DNA from: Marsupella aquatica
Taxonomy: Eukaryota > Plantae > Marchantiophyta
Direction of reading: 5' to 3'
Assembly: GCA_973895155.1 (NCBI GenBank)
Contig: OZ316891.1
Location: 22,649,884 to 22,713,883 of the forward strand
Length of the DNA stretch: 64,000 nt
Shown: piece by piece, positions 13,965 to 26,209 of the stretch
How the letters are laid out: each line of letters opens with the position of its first letter
How positions within the stretch are numbered: position 1 is the stretch's first letter
Position numbers and translations under genes: made by a program
Notes under the pieces: model-generated
The model's input: only the letters and a program-made list of their open reading frames with translations
Told to the model about the DNA's origin: nothing
The model's database searches: none

Positions 13965-14370
13965 ATGAGCTTCAGTTCACACAGACTGAAACAAGCTGTT
14001 TTTATCGAGCCCAGTCTTTGCCATCTTTTCTCGAGTCCCACTTCTGTTCACAGAGACTGAAACAAGCTGGGTCTATCGAGCCGTCATCTTTTCTCGAGTC
14101 CCACTTCTGTTCACAGAGACTGAAACAAGCTGGGTCTATCGAGCCTAATCTTTGTAATCTTTTCTCGAGTCCCAGCCTCTGCCGTCATCGCCTGAGCTTC
14201 ACTTCACAGAGACTGAAACTATAATGTGGTTCTGTCAAGCCTGATATTTGTCACCTTTTCTCGAGTCCCATTGTGGAAGGCTCCGTCGTAATCGTCTGAG
14301 CTTCAGCTCGCAGTGATTGAAAGAAGGTGGTTCTGGGGAGCCTGACCTTTCTCATCCTTGCTCGAGTCCT
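13965..14370. repeat. Tandem ~62-90 bp repeat array directly upstream of RRP41L
   Basis: The unit cttctgttcacagagactgaaacaagctgggtctatcgagcc...ttttctcgagtccca occurs about five times and diverges towards the gene. Confidence 0.85.
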
Positions 14371-14504
14371 GCAAGTCGTGTAGGTGACGAACATCGTCGA
14401 GTGGGTGGTTGGCGACGTGTATGTGGGTGACGGGGTGTGGGAGGTTTCCAAAGCTGCATTTCTCACGAGGCAAGGATTATCAAGGGGGCAGAAGATAACA
14501 TAAA

Positions 14505-16929
14505 ATGACAGTCGATGCACGAAAGCCGTTGCTGGGGAGGGATGGGGTGCGTTTGGACTCCCGCCTGGCCAGGCACGTCCGCCCTGCCTGTAAGTGTTCC
14601 TTCTCTGAATTAGCCAGCCGCTTATGTGACCTAGCTGGAAGCGACTTTTGCACAAGTCTTTGGCACGTTTTCTTCTATTGTAGTGCTTTTTTAATGTATG
14701 TTTTCGTCCCTCTCATTCTCTCTCCTATGACAAATTTCAAAGTGACCTAAAGCCCTAAACTCTGCATGGGGGAATTGCAGCTTTAAGCTTCATCTCGGTC
14801 ATCTGTTTCTGCAGTTTTGAGAATTGGGGCTGTAAGTGCGGCTGCTGGATCAGCTTACGCAGAGTTTGGGTCTACGAAGGTCATCGTCTCTGTGTGAGTC
14901 TCCCTTTCCCTCACGTCTTTGTCCTCCCCCACCCCCCCTTTTGTGAGGCTCTTTTTCGGAGATAATCTTTGCATCTTGGCAAGTGTTTCCAGGGTGAGAG
15001 AAGTTTGGTGAAAAGCCTGCCGAGACTTGAACGTGGGAAAGAGTGCTTTCTCTTGTCAATTTTTGGTCTGAGACAATTGCTGCTGAATACTTCCTTATTT
15101 GTAGGTTCACCTTAGCCGATCCCAGACCCCGGTTGGGGCATCTCCGTGTCTTGTGATACGCGTTTAAAATGGCAGAACTGTGTTTCGTTGCATTAGGTAT
15201 TCCTATCGTTTTCGAATTGCTGAGGGTGCTTCACATTCAGTGGAAAGAAGTTCAATTTTATGTATTGCTGACACTACGAGGGCAAGTTCCAAAGGCACAC
15301 AGGAGGCAATAAATATATTTCCTAGACGAGCTGTTAACATATCTTGTGTGGAATGGTTTGATAGTAACAATTCTAGAGAAGCGGAGACTCGTTAGTGCGA
15401 GAAATTTTGCAAAGAACGGGTGATATGATTCGATATAAGACCGGAGGAGCCTCACTTTGTAGTGCAGTGCTGTTGGAAATCGTCAATGTTGTAGTGCTGA
15501 CAGCTGTCTTTTTTATCATTTCCATGTTGTGCTGACAAGAAGAGAGTGTGCGGGTTGGACTGAGCAGGTATGGCCCAAGAGAAAGCAAGAAAGCTCAGGC
15601 TTTTAGTGACACTGGTCGCTTGAATTGTGATGTTAAGTTCACATCGTTCGCCACCGACTCAAGAGGGCGAGCAGGGCAGGTTACTCAATACCCATTTAGC
15701 TTGAACACAATTCAGTAAAAATAGGTGTACATGAGCTGTGCGACTTAAAGCAACGGCAGTTGTGTTTCTTCGCTGGACCTGCCGGCTATTGACTTGGTTA
15801 TGCTGGTTTGAGCATGATGCACTTGCTCAGTCGTTTCTTGGTTTTGTTTGCCAGGAAGTTGGAGAGAAGGAATATTCCGTTTTGTTGCATAAAGCCTTGG
15901 AGTGTGCTGTTGATCTCCATTCCTTCCCGAAGACTACAGTCGATGTGTTTGCCCTAATCATTCAGTCCGACGGAGGTATATTCCGTTTGCACTAAATTTT
16001 TTCTAAAACGGCAGCAGTTCTCGTCCAGACTGCAGTCTCAAGCATGAGGGAAGCATGAGAATCGGACTCTCTGCTCTACCATTTTGTGATGTGAAGTGAC
16101 CATGTTTTGGGATTCAGAAAGGTAAATTTGGACTGGTTCATTCTTGTACACAGGAGACCTGCCTGCCGTGATAACATGTGCATCACTGGCTCTTGCTGAT
16201 GCTGGTATCGTTATGTATGATCTAGTAGGGGCAATATCAGGGGTAAATTTTCGAAATCACTTAAACGTCAAGTATTTTGTGAATCTTAAAGTGCTTTGTA
16301 TTGGTCGTCGTGAGGAGCAGCACTTCGATGATCTCGTGATGAGTAGGATTTGCTGTAAGTTTTTGCGGAGTTAATTAACAGATTTGATTCTGAAGGGTGT
16401 TTCTAATATTTCTATCTTTTATCAGAGCATTGTGGGAAGGGAGCTTCTGTTGGACTCGACATCTGAGGAGGAGCGAAATCAAGATGGAAGTGTGCTAGTT
16501 GCCGCCATGACGTCCAGAAATGAAATCACTCAAGTTGCCTTCACTGGGGAATGGTCTAGCACCAGTGCAAATGAGGTTTGCTGTCGCTACCTTGCTTACC
16601 ATATGGTGTAGCTCTTATTAGCATTCTTCTTCTAAATGAGGTGCGAGAGCTGAAAATTTTACTCATTTTGCCAGAGAAGTCCTTACTCTGCACAGGTTCA
16701 GCTAACAAAGATGTTCAGTTGCATAGGACACAGACAATACCTAGGAAATGACTATTGAAATTGTCCGGACCAAGGGTAGATTGTTTATTTCCCCTGATGT
16801 TTGCTAGTTTCCGTTGGCTCACTAAGTGCTGTTTTCACTCAGGCCTTGGAACTCTGTATGGATGCGTGCAAAAAACTTGGGGATGTCATGAGAGCGTGCT
16901 TAAAAGAAGATGCTGCAGAGAAGAACTAG
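14505..16929 (+). CDS. RRP41L: Exosome complex RNase-PH subunit RRP41-like (MTR3/EXOSC6 type), multi-exon
   Basis: Spliced exons give MTVDARKPLLGRDGVRLDSRLARHVRPA|FLRIGAVSAAAGSAYAEFGSTKVIVSV|YGPRESKKAQAFSDTGRLNCDV...|EKEYSVLLHKALECAVDLHSFPKTTVDVFALIIQSDG|GDLPAVITCASLALADAGIVMYDL...|...ALELCMDACKKLGDVMRACLKE. Stop TAG at 16927-16929. Splice phases checked at the first three exons are consistent. Confidence 0.92.
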
Positions 16930-19364
16930 AATGAGCAATTACAGACATTCACGAGTCCTTGAAGCCTGCGGGTGCCGTCATGGATCTGCATGTTGTAAGT
17001 CACAATATGACTTCAAGACATATAGAACAAACATGACGCTAGCAGACTTCCCTTCAAACCATCGATGGCATCCAGGAGATGCGTCCAACTTCATGAAGCA
17101 GATCAAAATCTCTAAATAGCTCAGAATGTTTCTTCATACGGTAGAGAAATTCGTGGTCTGCGCTCCTCTGACCACTACTTCAGCTCTGAAAACGAAATTC
17201 CAGAAAATGCTTTTGGGACTGAAGAGGCAAGGCTAGAGGAAATGCCCATCTGAATGGCAGTTGAGATTATCAGGGCAAGCCCAGAGCTTCATAGTGGACC
17301 ATTTTTGTGTTCATACAGATTTCGAAATACATGAGTTTACCTTGGCAGAAAAGATTCATGTCCATGACTCTGACATTCTGAATTGGGAAGTTTGGGGTTT
17401 GGCCACTGTTGTTTTGACTTCAAGTTGTCAGTTGCACTAAGTGCGACAAAGCAGAAGATAGGATGAGAACTCATCAGTCAACCCACAGCAATTCTGAACC
17501 ATCGTTTTCGAACATTAACTCGTTCGAAATCTTTTGTCCCAACTATCGAGAGACACTCTCCAAGGAGCTTTCTACTATTGGTTGGGGGATTCTCGATCGT
17601 GCCTTGATCGGCTTCTCTAGGTAGCCAATCTTGTGCCTACAAATTCCTCTTTCTTTTGGTCGTCCTCAATATCAAATTCACAATCGTGATTGCCAAATAT
17701 TCTGGCGGCTTCCCCTCATTCAGGTGCACTTCAATCTGCTCTCTCCAGGGGATGATCTGACCACATATTCATTCTTCTTCGATGTCAATTCGTGAGAGTC
17801 CAGACTTACAATCGATTAGTACAAGGATAGATAGGACGCGTCACCATTTCACGCTTCCTACCTATCCTTGGGCTACCTCATAGGGACTCAATTTGCTGTG
17901 GTTACACGATGGGCGTAATACCTCGCCTCTGTCGGTAGGTCTTGCCAAATTGAAGCCCTCAGCAATTTTCCACAGAAATTCTAGACAATGAGATACAGGC
18001 CGCCAATGTAGGTCAGACTGAAAGCAATCCAGATATCAGATCTCACTCGTGAGCCTCTTGGCGTACTTCAAACGATATCCACACGTCCGTGGTACACCAG
18101 TATTTGAGAGCCGACTGACCATGACGAGGGTAAGGCGCGTATTTCAAAAGATACTCCCAGTTAACCACGGACAAGTATGTAAGAGCCGATTGACCATGGA
18201 CTGACCGGCGACTGGTTGTTTGCGAAATTGAAGATACCCAATTAGTATTTAAGAACCGATTGACCATGGATGACCGGCGACTGGTTGTTTGCGAAATTGA
18301 AGTCTAACCACGGAATGGCACACTACAAGACTGTGGATCAATACGAAACACTGAGGTTCTGAGAATCTGCCATTCATTCCACAAACGACGTGGGACCTCG
18401 TCCCTTCGTGAGAACTTGTAGCTAAGTCTAAACATGGGTTTGGCCAACAGAGTCCTCGACACCACTACAGCAGTACAGTAGCGTTCATAATCACCCTCTC
18501 CTCTGGGATGTGGGATGTGAGTGGTCGTAAGAGATTCCATCAGTGTCCAAAATATAGACATCAATCATGAGCTACATTTAGATCCCTGCCCTTATTAACG
18601 CATTGGCTAGACGTGCTCATAAACATGAACGTTAGGACCACACCCAGAAATAATTGCCCCAAATACCTGAGTAGTTTAGCCCGAATATCAAACCCAGATG
18701 TGGGAAAGTTAATAATGAGAAGAAATACGCTTGTGCATCACAACAATTCTATAATCAAGTATTGCATGCGCGCTGACCCAACTGCTCGAATTGTTCGATG
18801 CATAAAGTTCCAGGCAGCTATTCCAGAGGAGTTCATTCATCCCAAGACTACTAGCAGCTATTCATTCATCCCAAGACTACTACAACAATAGGACTCAGAG
18901 GCCCTTCGAATAGAGAATCTCTACTAACATAGAGGCACCATATGAAATGAGAAAAACGGGAACACAGTTCCCATCCAGGAGAGTCTATACGTGTGACTTC
19001 TCAGGAGAAAGACGTTTAATACAATTTACTGTTGGAGAAGTGATTATCTCATTTGAAGTGCTCCGGAGTGTATTTACTTGTGGTATGGTGTACAGTCCAA
19101 GTTCTGTAAAGGGGCTGATAAGTGCAATCGCACGATATGAGAAGCTCAATTGTGATAAGCAAAAGTAAAACCGCCGTGATGAGAAAACTGTCCCATTATT
19201 TGACCATATACTGGACGTCTACTGGAATATCCACTACTTCAGACGTTCCTGAAGGAGGACAGGGAATCCATGGTCATCTGGAAAGTCGTTGCATAATGTA
19301 AGAGAATTGCACAAGAATAAAAATGAGGTGATCCGCCCTAGCCCTAAACCCTAAGTGTTACCTT

Positions 19365-21554
19365 CTATAGTCGATAAAGAGGAGTGATACCCAAAAGTTT
19401 AAAGCACTGCCTCATGACAACTGCTGTCGCCTCGCAAAGTAGCAAGCGACTAGATTGCTCCTCCGTACCCAACACTTTGCAATTCGTATAAAAGTCGGTA
19501 TACCTGTCCGCCAAGTTATAAACGTACTCGCACAACGTGTTTGGAAGATAATCATGAAGACAATCCTCGATAACCTCTGCGAATTGCAGAATATGCACAG
19601 CAAGCTGCCTTTCACTTTTGTGATTCAAAGCCAGTGAGGAAGTCCGCTTCAACTCCTCCATATTTTCGTTTGAATTTACGAGAATCGAGCAAATTCTTGT
19701 GTGCGCATACAAAAGATAAACAGCCGTGTTGCCCTTCTGATCAAGCATCTGGTCAAAGTTGAAAGTGTAATTTGTAAGCCGATTGTTCTTCAAGTCGGCA
19801 TATTTCACAGCACCATAGCCTAAAGCAGCAGCCGCTTCCTCCACCTCCTGCGCTGACCAGTCCACTGACTTTCCTTTCTCCTTAATTACCGTTTTACTCC
19901 GAGCCTTGGCCTCATCTAGCAAATCGACAAGTCGGACGACTTCTGAGCTTCGGGTTCGGAACCGCTTCCCGTCTTCACCAAGCACCAGGCCAAAGCCCAA
20001 ATGCCGTGCCGAAGGTTTGTCGACACCGACTTCGAGCCACCCAGCTCGTTTTGCTGCTTTGAAGACCATGTCAAAATGCTGATGCTGCCCAACATCTGTG
20101 ATGTATATTAGCCACTCAGCCTTCTCCACGTTCAGCCGGTACCAAAGTGCCGCAAGATCAGTGCTTGCGTAGTTAAAGCCTCCATCACTTTTCACAACAA
20201 TGAGGGGGATAGGTTGGCCATCAACTCGGATGACTTTTGCACCCTCGCTTTCTTCAACTAGTCCTTTGTCAGTCAGCTCCTGAAGAACGTCAGCAATATA
20301 TGGATTGTAGAAGCTTTCACCTTTTTCCTCGAGGGTAACGTCTAGACGCTTGTAGACTTGAGCAAACTCAAGCCGACTGATATCACATATTTTCGTCCAC
20401 GCTGCTCGGTAGGTAGGGTCTCCTCCCTGAAGAAGAACAACAGCTTTCTGGGACTTCAACTTGAACTCCGCATCCTGATCAAATCGTAGTTTGGCGGATT
20501 TATAGAACGCCTGCAAGTCTCCAATAGCTTGATCACCAATGTCCTCCCAGTTGGGAAACAACTCGAACATAAATTCAATGAGCATCCCGAACTGAGTTCC
20601 CCAGTCACCAACGTGATTACGGCGCAAGACCTCCACATTACAGTACTCCAGCATTCGAGCCACACAATCCCCTATGATGGTAGACCGCAAATGGCCCACG
20701 TGCATTTCTTTCGCAATGTTGGGAGACGAAAAATCAACTACAGCTCGTTGCACGGGTAGCCTCGGAGCCCAAGTGTCCACTCCATTGATCAGCATCTTCA
20801 TTATTCTCTCTTCGATCCAGTCCTGCGAGAGGACAATATTCACGAACCCCGGCCCTGCAATGCTGGTGGATGTCACCACAACACTCTGGGGCAAATTCTT
20901 CGCGATTGCCTGGCCGATGGCATTCGGATTTTTGAAGGCCCCCTGCGCCGGTGTTCCTTTAATCTTTGACCAAATCCCCATCGCATTGTTACACTGATAA
21001 TCACCGAATTTAGGGTTCTTACAAACCTCTACCAAGGCCTCCACTTCGGTCAGCTCCGGCACGGTCACATTGATCGCCTCCTTCATCAATCTTTCAACTT
21101 GTCGCCGCACGCTCTCCTCTCCCGCTCCAACTCCAGCTCCTCCTCCTCCTCCATCTTCAGTTGCATTCTCGTTCGCCATACCTACCGTGCCCGCCGCCGC
21201 CATTCCTCGTACACCCGTGACAGCCCCGTCCCTCGCACTCCTCCGAACGCCGATGGATTCCGCAAATCTGCCACACCTCCTCGAGCGCAGAAGAAGCGTA
21301 CCAGCAGAAGGCGATGCGTGAGCTGAGAGTAGCGTCTCCTCTGCCTTGCTGCTGGAACGAGCGAGCACCAAGGTTTGGCTGCGGGTTTTGTGAGGAGCTG
21401 CGGAGGATGGGGGTCTCTGGAGAAGGAGAAGAGAAGTGGCGGCTGACGTTGAGGTTGAGGTTTTCGAAATTCGTTTTGCTGCGGCTGCGAGCGCCGCCGA
21501 GGAAGAGGAGGGATGTGCGGGGCAATGCACGAGGAGCAGCATCGACAGTCTCAT
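19365..21554 (-). CDS. ArgRS: Arginyl-tRNA synthetase with N-terminal organellar transit peptide; single uninterrupted ORF
   Basis: Motifs FGDYQCNNAM, VVDFSSPNIAKEMHVGHLRST (HIGH-type), NHVGDWGTQFGMLI, GKRFRTRS and KGNTAVYLLYAHTRICSI. Likely start is MRLSMLLL (ATG 21554) with a Ser/Arg/Ala-rich presequence; the ORF-track extension upstream crosses a CT microsatellite. Confidence 0.95.
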   Translation of the reverse strand: MRLSMLLLVHCPAHPSSSSAALAAAAKRISKTSTSTSAATSLLLLQRPPSSAAPHKTRSQTLVLARSSSKAEETLLSAHASPSAGTLLLRSRRCGRFAESIGVRRSARDGAVTGVRGMAAAGTVGMANENATEDGGGGGAGVGAGEESVRRQVERLMKEAINVTVPELTEVEALVEVCKNPKFGDYQCNNAMGIWSKIKGTPAQGAFKNPNAIGQAIAKNLPQSVVVTSTSIAGPGFVNIVLSQDWIEERIMKMLINGVDTWAPRLPVQRAVVDFSSPNIAKEMHVGHLRSTIIGDCVARMLEYCNVEVLRRNHVGDWGTQFGMLIEFMFELFPNWEDIGDQAIGDLQAFYKSAKLRFDQDAEFKLKSQKAVVLLQGGDPTYRAAWTKICDISRLEFAQVYKRLDVTLEEKGESFYNPYIADVLQELTDKGLVEESEGAKVIRVDGQPIPLIVVKSDGGFNYASTDLAALWYRLNVEKAEWLIYITDVGQHQHFDMVFKAAKRAGWLEVGVDKPSARHLGFGLVLGEDGKRFRTRSSEVVRLVDLLDEAKARSKTVIKEKGKSVDWSAQEVEEAAAALGYGAVKYADLKNNRLTNYTFNFDQMLDQKGNTAVYLLYAHTRICSILVNSNENMEELKRTSSLALNHKSERQLAVHILQFAEVIEDCLHDYLPNTLCEYVYNLADRYTDFYTNCKVLGTEEQSSRLLLCEATAVVMRQCFKLLGITPLYRL

Positions 21555-21571
21555 TCTTTTCTCCGATTGGA

Positions 21572-21572
21572 G

Positions 21573-21603
<31 letters not shown>

Positions 21604-21604
21604 C
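21572..21604. repeat. (CT)n/(GA)n microsatellite in the ArgRS 5' leader
   Basis: ctctctctttctctctctctctctctctctccc is seen directly. Confidence 0.9.
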
Positions 21605-21747
21605 CTCGAATCTCGATGACACAGCAGAAGGTGTTCGTTTGCGTTGTATTTTGCTTGTTTTCCCGTTGTATTTTGCTTGTTTTCCCGTTGTATTTTGATT
21701 GATTTTGCGGCGGATTTCGGACGTTTCGGAGGGGGAGAGTGAGAGAG

Positions 21748-22960
21748 TAGTCATGTACTCCCACGCTCCCAATCTACGGTTTGGGAGTGGACGGCTCCAA
21801 CTCTCGAGGCAGGGCTAGTGTGTGGGTCTCATGAGGCTCTAAGTGAACAGTAATTTGGGAGTGGACGGCCCCAGCACTCGAGGCAGGGCTAGTGTGTGGG
21901 TTTCATGAACAGTAATTTGGGCTCTTAATGAACAATAATCTGGGAGCGGACAACCACGGTGAAAGATGACAATTATAACCTCACATGTGACCTTTCGGAG
22001 GGGCAAGAGTGTGAAAGTAGTCATGTACTCCCAGGTTCCCAATCTACGGTTTGGGAGTGGACAGCTCCAACACTCGAGGCAGGGCTAGTGTGTGGGTTTC
22101 ATGAGGCTCTTAGTGAACAGTAATTTGGGAGTGGCCGACCAAGGTGAAGGATCACAATTATAACCTCACATCCCTGACCTGACCTCACTGGCCCAACTTC
22201 AATAATAATAATAATATTTTTTTTCCAATTCGACTCTTTACTGAAGCCAGTGCAAAAGGAATCATAGCAAAGGGAAGGTCTCATCCACCAGGATGCACCA
22301 TCTTATTTATCAAGCGCAAACCCCAAGCTACAGTTGGGGTCTAGGCTTCTAGAGTGAAGCCTCTACACCGTAACTCTATGGCACACCGACTCACGGGTAT
22401 GACATGGGTATGATGTATGTCAAATGATGATCATGTATATTTTTTGTCATGACTTCTATTTTCATTCAGAGAATGAGCATTCATGCTTGTTAATACAATA
22501 TTTTTCCTAAAATAGTGGAGTGCATAGTCCCAGGCCCCCCCTGCCCCCCCCCCCTACACCCCCTGTAATGAAAAGAGGACCCCATGACCCCATGAAGGAT
22601 CGATGACCAATATATACCTCATATTCCTGACCTTTCTTTTTTGATTCTGTGCTTTCTCTTTACAATCCAATTCCTTACTGGAACAGTGAAAAAGGTAAAG
22701 AGCAAAGGGAAGGCCTCATCCACCGGGTTGCACCATTCATAGATAAATTGTCCTAAAATTGTGGAGTGAGTAATCATGTCTTCCCAGGCTCCCAATCTAA
22801 GATTTGGGAGTGGATAGCCCCATCACTTAACCAGGATCAACTGTGCAGGTTTTACATGAGGCTCTCATTGAACAGCAATTGGGGAGTGGATGACCCCTCA
22901 TAATGGAAAAAAGAATAACCCTATCAAGGATGACAAGTATAAACCCTTACATCCCTGACC
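21748..22960. repeat. Locally duplicated repeat family upstream of ArgRS
   Basis: gtagtcatgtactccca..ctcccaatctacggtttgggagtgga...gggctagtgtgtgggt.tcatgaggctct occurs at ~21748 and ~22017, partially at ~21855, and diverged at ~22770; gcaaagggaagg..tcatccac recurs at ~22267, ~22702 and ~23300. Confidence 0.75.
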
Positions 22961-24409
22961 TTACCAGACCAGCCTTAAGTGGAAATTAAAGGAAACTAAA
23001 AAGGGGTCAAACAAAGTACAATGGAATAAAAGCAAGAAAGGTCGAGAGAGAACAAACACCAAAGTCAAAAGACGAGGGCAATCGCAAACCCCAAAGAACT
23101 GGAAAGAGGGAAAAAAACAAAAGAAATAAATTTACAAGAGCAAGAGTGTGATGAACTAAAGCTCCACATCTAGTGTCATAACTAAGTATGCAGGTGGGAC
23201 GTGGATATACTCAGGAGGCAAAACAAAGTTGTTTACTTTGTGTTTTCAATCCAATCCTTTCTTGACACCAGTGGCAAAGCTACAAATGAATAGCAATTGA
23301 AAGGGAAGGCTTCATCCACTGGGTGACACCTTTACATGAGATTTGTCCTAAAATTGTGGAAGAGGGTAGTGGCTGGAATCAATATTATTATTCGCAAAGA
23401 GTTTAGTTAACTTTCAAAGGCATCACTTCCAGCTGGGGGCATAGCCTCCATTTATGTTCAAAAGATAGGTACTTGCATGGGCTTGTGTGGAATAGGGGAA
23501 AATTTAGAGCTCCCCCCTATAAAATGTCAAAGGTGGGTAAGCAAGGACCAACTGGGGTGCCAGCAAAACAAAACTCATATTGGTCAAACCAACAATTTAT
23601 TTTCAACTATTACTAATTATCTACCATATGTTTATCCTCCTTTATCCTGTTAAGCATTTACTCTTAGGTCTAGAGTTACGATGTAACCGTAGTTAAGACT
23701 AACCTTAGTAAGATTTGGTTAGGTTAGTGATCTTGCAGACTATATCCATGCACTATATCCAGCAAAGAAAAGATGGTACTGAAAGAAGGGTCCATGGGTT
23801 TTATGGGAATGGCCTTACACCCCCTTTTCTTCCTAGTAATGATTAGTGGACCTTGAGGTTCATGATAATAGCCATAAGATTTGAGGGGAAAATGCATACT
23901 ATCCAATCATAAGTACTTTGGGGTTCCTGTGGTACATATGCAGAGTAATTTTACCTGTAAAATTTCAGAAAATGCATACTTAAGAAGATCCCATGGATCG
24001 AGTTATTGGTGACCCAGTTTTTGCCTCAATGGCGAGGCATATGGCAGTCCCACTCATCTTTGGCGGAGAGTGCCAGCTGAAGCAGAGCCTCACCTGAATA
24101 GTTACTCCCCATATGTACACTATGCCAGTTTCTTTGTTGTCATGACTTTCCAGGTACGGTACTTAACTAAAGGGAGTGCTTAGTCCATCCCCAGCATGTA
24201 CTCTTTTCACCTCACAATGAACTAACTTGGGCACTGATGAAACACTATGATAAACCTGTGAAATGCTGACTCATCTAGCAAAATGAGGGTGACTGTAGTG
24301 TACTTTAGGAGTTGATGCTTAGATGGACCATCCAGTTTGAGCATTCGGATTGACCAGACTAGTATTGACACCAAAATACCCATACTATCCATGCAAACCC
24401 GGTTTGGAC

Positions 24410-24833
24410 TTGCCCGGCAAATAGAGGCTTTAGAGTCCGTCAACCGGCAACTTGTCACCCGGACTGTCCCGGCCCGGCCGATCTTGACTTCCCGGCCCGG
24501 CCCGGCCATGACCTCCCGGCCCCGCTGGCTCACACCCCGCCCCGACCCTGTCCCGGCCCGACCCCGGCCTCTCCCGGCCTCTCCCGGCCCGGCCCCGGCC
24601 TGTCCCGGCCCAGTCCCCGGCCTGTCCCCGGCCTGTCCCCGGCTTGTCCCGGCTTGTCCCGGCCTCTCTCGACCTGTCCCCGGCCTCTCCCGGCCCGACC
24701 CCCGGCTTGTCCCGACCTATTCCGGCCGGTCCCTGCCTATCCCGGCCCGGCCTCGCCCTGTCCCGGCCTATCGCTGCCCGGCCCGGCCTGTCCCGGCCCG
24801 GCCGGCATTTGGGCCGATTTTTGCCCGGCAAAT
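24410..24833. repeat. GC-rich (CCCGG)-based low-complexity array bounded by a 13-bp direct repeat
   Basis: Dense cccgg/tgtcccggc units from 24458 to 24803; ttgcccggcaaat at both 24410-24422 and 24821-24833. Confidence 0.85.
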
Positions 24834-26209
24834 GCCGAGTTTACGTGCCCGGCAACTCGGCAAGTTGCCCGTCACTTCAAACTTGGCATGCAAAGGAAAA
24901 GTATCATAATTATGAATACAAAACAATGTTTCATGATGCTTCATGCAGTTTGTGGTGATCCTTACAAACAGCTTGTCACAAGTTTTTAACCTAGTGATTT
25001 TAGTGAGTTATGGTGAGCTAACCCATTGCCTGTGCATTGCACAATTGTTGTTGCTGCCATGCAGTCATATTGGCCATCTTGCCGCTGAGACCATGTGATT
25101 GTTGAGGCCATGCAATCATTGCAAATATATTGTTATATCCATGAGATCTTTCCATGATGTTCTTGCAACCATGTTATTGGGTGTTGCAGTCCCATCAAAT
25201 GGTGATGAAAAAGTTTGTTGTCAGCAGACGCCATGATCCATTGCTGTCATTTTTGGTGTTTGTACGTCTAGAAATAGGTTATTGCATATTGCATATTGTA
25301 GTATTTGATTCAGTAAAACCTTGTGTCTCTCCACCATATCCCCAAAATGCCCACTTCACCTCCATACATATATCAAAGTGCCAAAGAACAAAAGGCTAGC
25401 TCGGAAAAGGTGTCTCTCCACCATATCCCCCAAAATGCCCAACGGGGAACATGATTCCACAAGCTCCGAGCAACAGGATTTCAATAGGAGTACCGGTGGA
25501 CTGATCGATGCATAGTCTTGAAAGGAGATTTACAAGGGCAGTTACTGTAGCATCAGATTGACGATTCCAAGGCCCATCTTGGAAGGGCAAAAGTCCTTTG
25601 GGGTGGAGGAGGTTTGCCTTTGGAACTCAAGCATCACTAAGATGAATATCACACACGGGAGTATGCAATTACTGTGGTGTAACCCACTTTGGAAAGCAGA
25701 ATATCTGAAAGAGTTAGTAGGGACACTACGGCATGGCCATTCTGCTGCTAGAGTCTGCTGAAGATCTTTTCCGCTGTGCCAGTGTGCCACTTGTGGTGCG
25801 AAGTTGGGATTTTAGGAGCGGAATATGAAGAGGTTCAACCATGCGGTGATGTTGCTGGCCACGTCTCCAGAAGATGATGATGAATTGGAGTAATTTGATC
25901 AAAAGTAATTTGATCAAAACTAACATCGTCCCAAGTGCTTTTCCAAATCGTTGTAAGGCATTCGCTGCTCCTCGGGTATGAAGGTTGTAAGGTCATCAGT
26001 AGTGGAGGAATGAGCTGCTGCCAGATTCATCTAGTTCACTGAGGTTTGGAAGAGAGCGAGAGAAAGCTACATCTCTCTCATAACAAACGCAACTGATTGT
26101 CAAATAAAATGGTTTGGTTTATCGGGTTAGGGACTTCAGTGGATGTGACAATCTAAAGGCAGGAGACATTTTAGTTCGACCCATCAGAATTGGGAAGAAG
26201 GCAAGAAGG

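Noticed and set aside
13965-14370. Repeat arrays here and at 46280-47310 considered as CRISPR-like
   Set aside because: The units are contiguous tandem copies without unique spacers, there are no cas genes, and the context is eukaryotic.
19341-19353. ccctaaaccctaa telomere-like/telo-box motif
   Set aside because: Fewer than two full units, located just 3' of the ArgRS stop; likely incidental.
21555-21764. N-terminal 70-aa extension of the 799-aa ArgRS ORF
   Set aside because: It starts at a non-ATG codon and translates a GA microsatellite (ERERER); probably 5' UTR.
24337-24989. Pro/Arg/Gly-rich ORFs of 104-190 aa on both strands
   Set aside because: They arise from the stop-free CCCGG low-complexity array; there is no coding signature.
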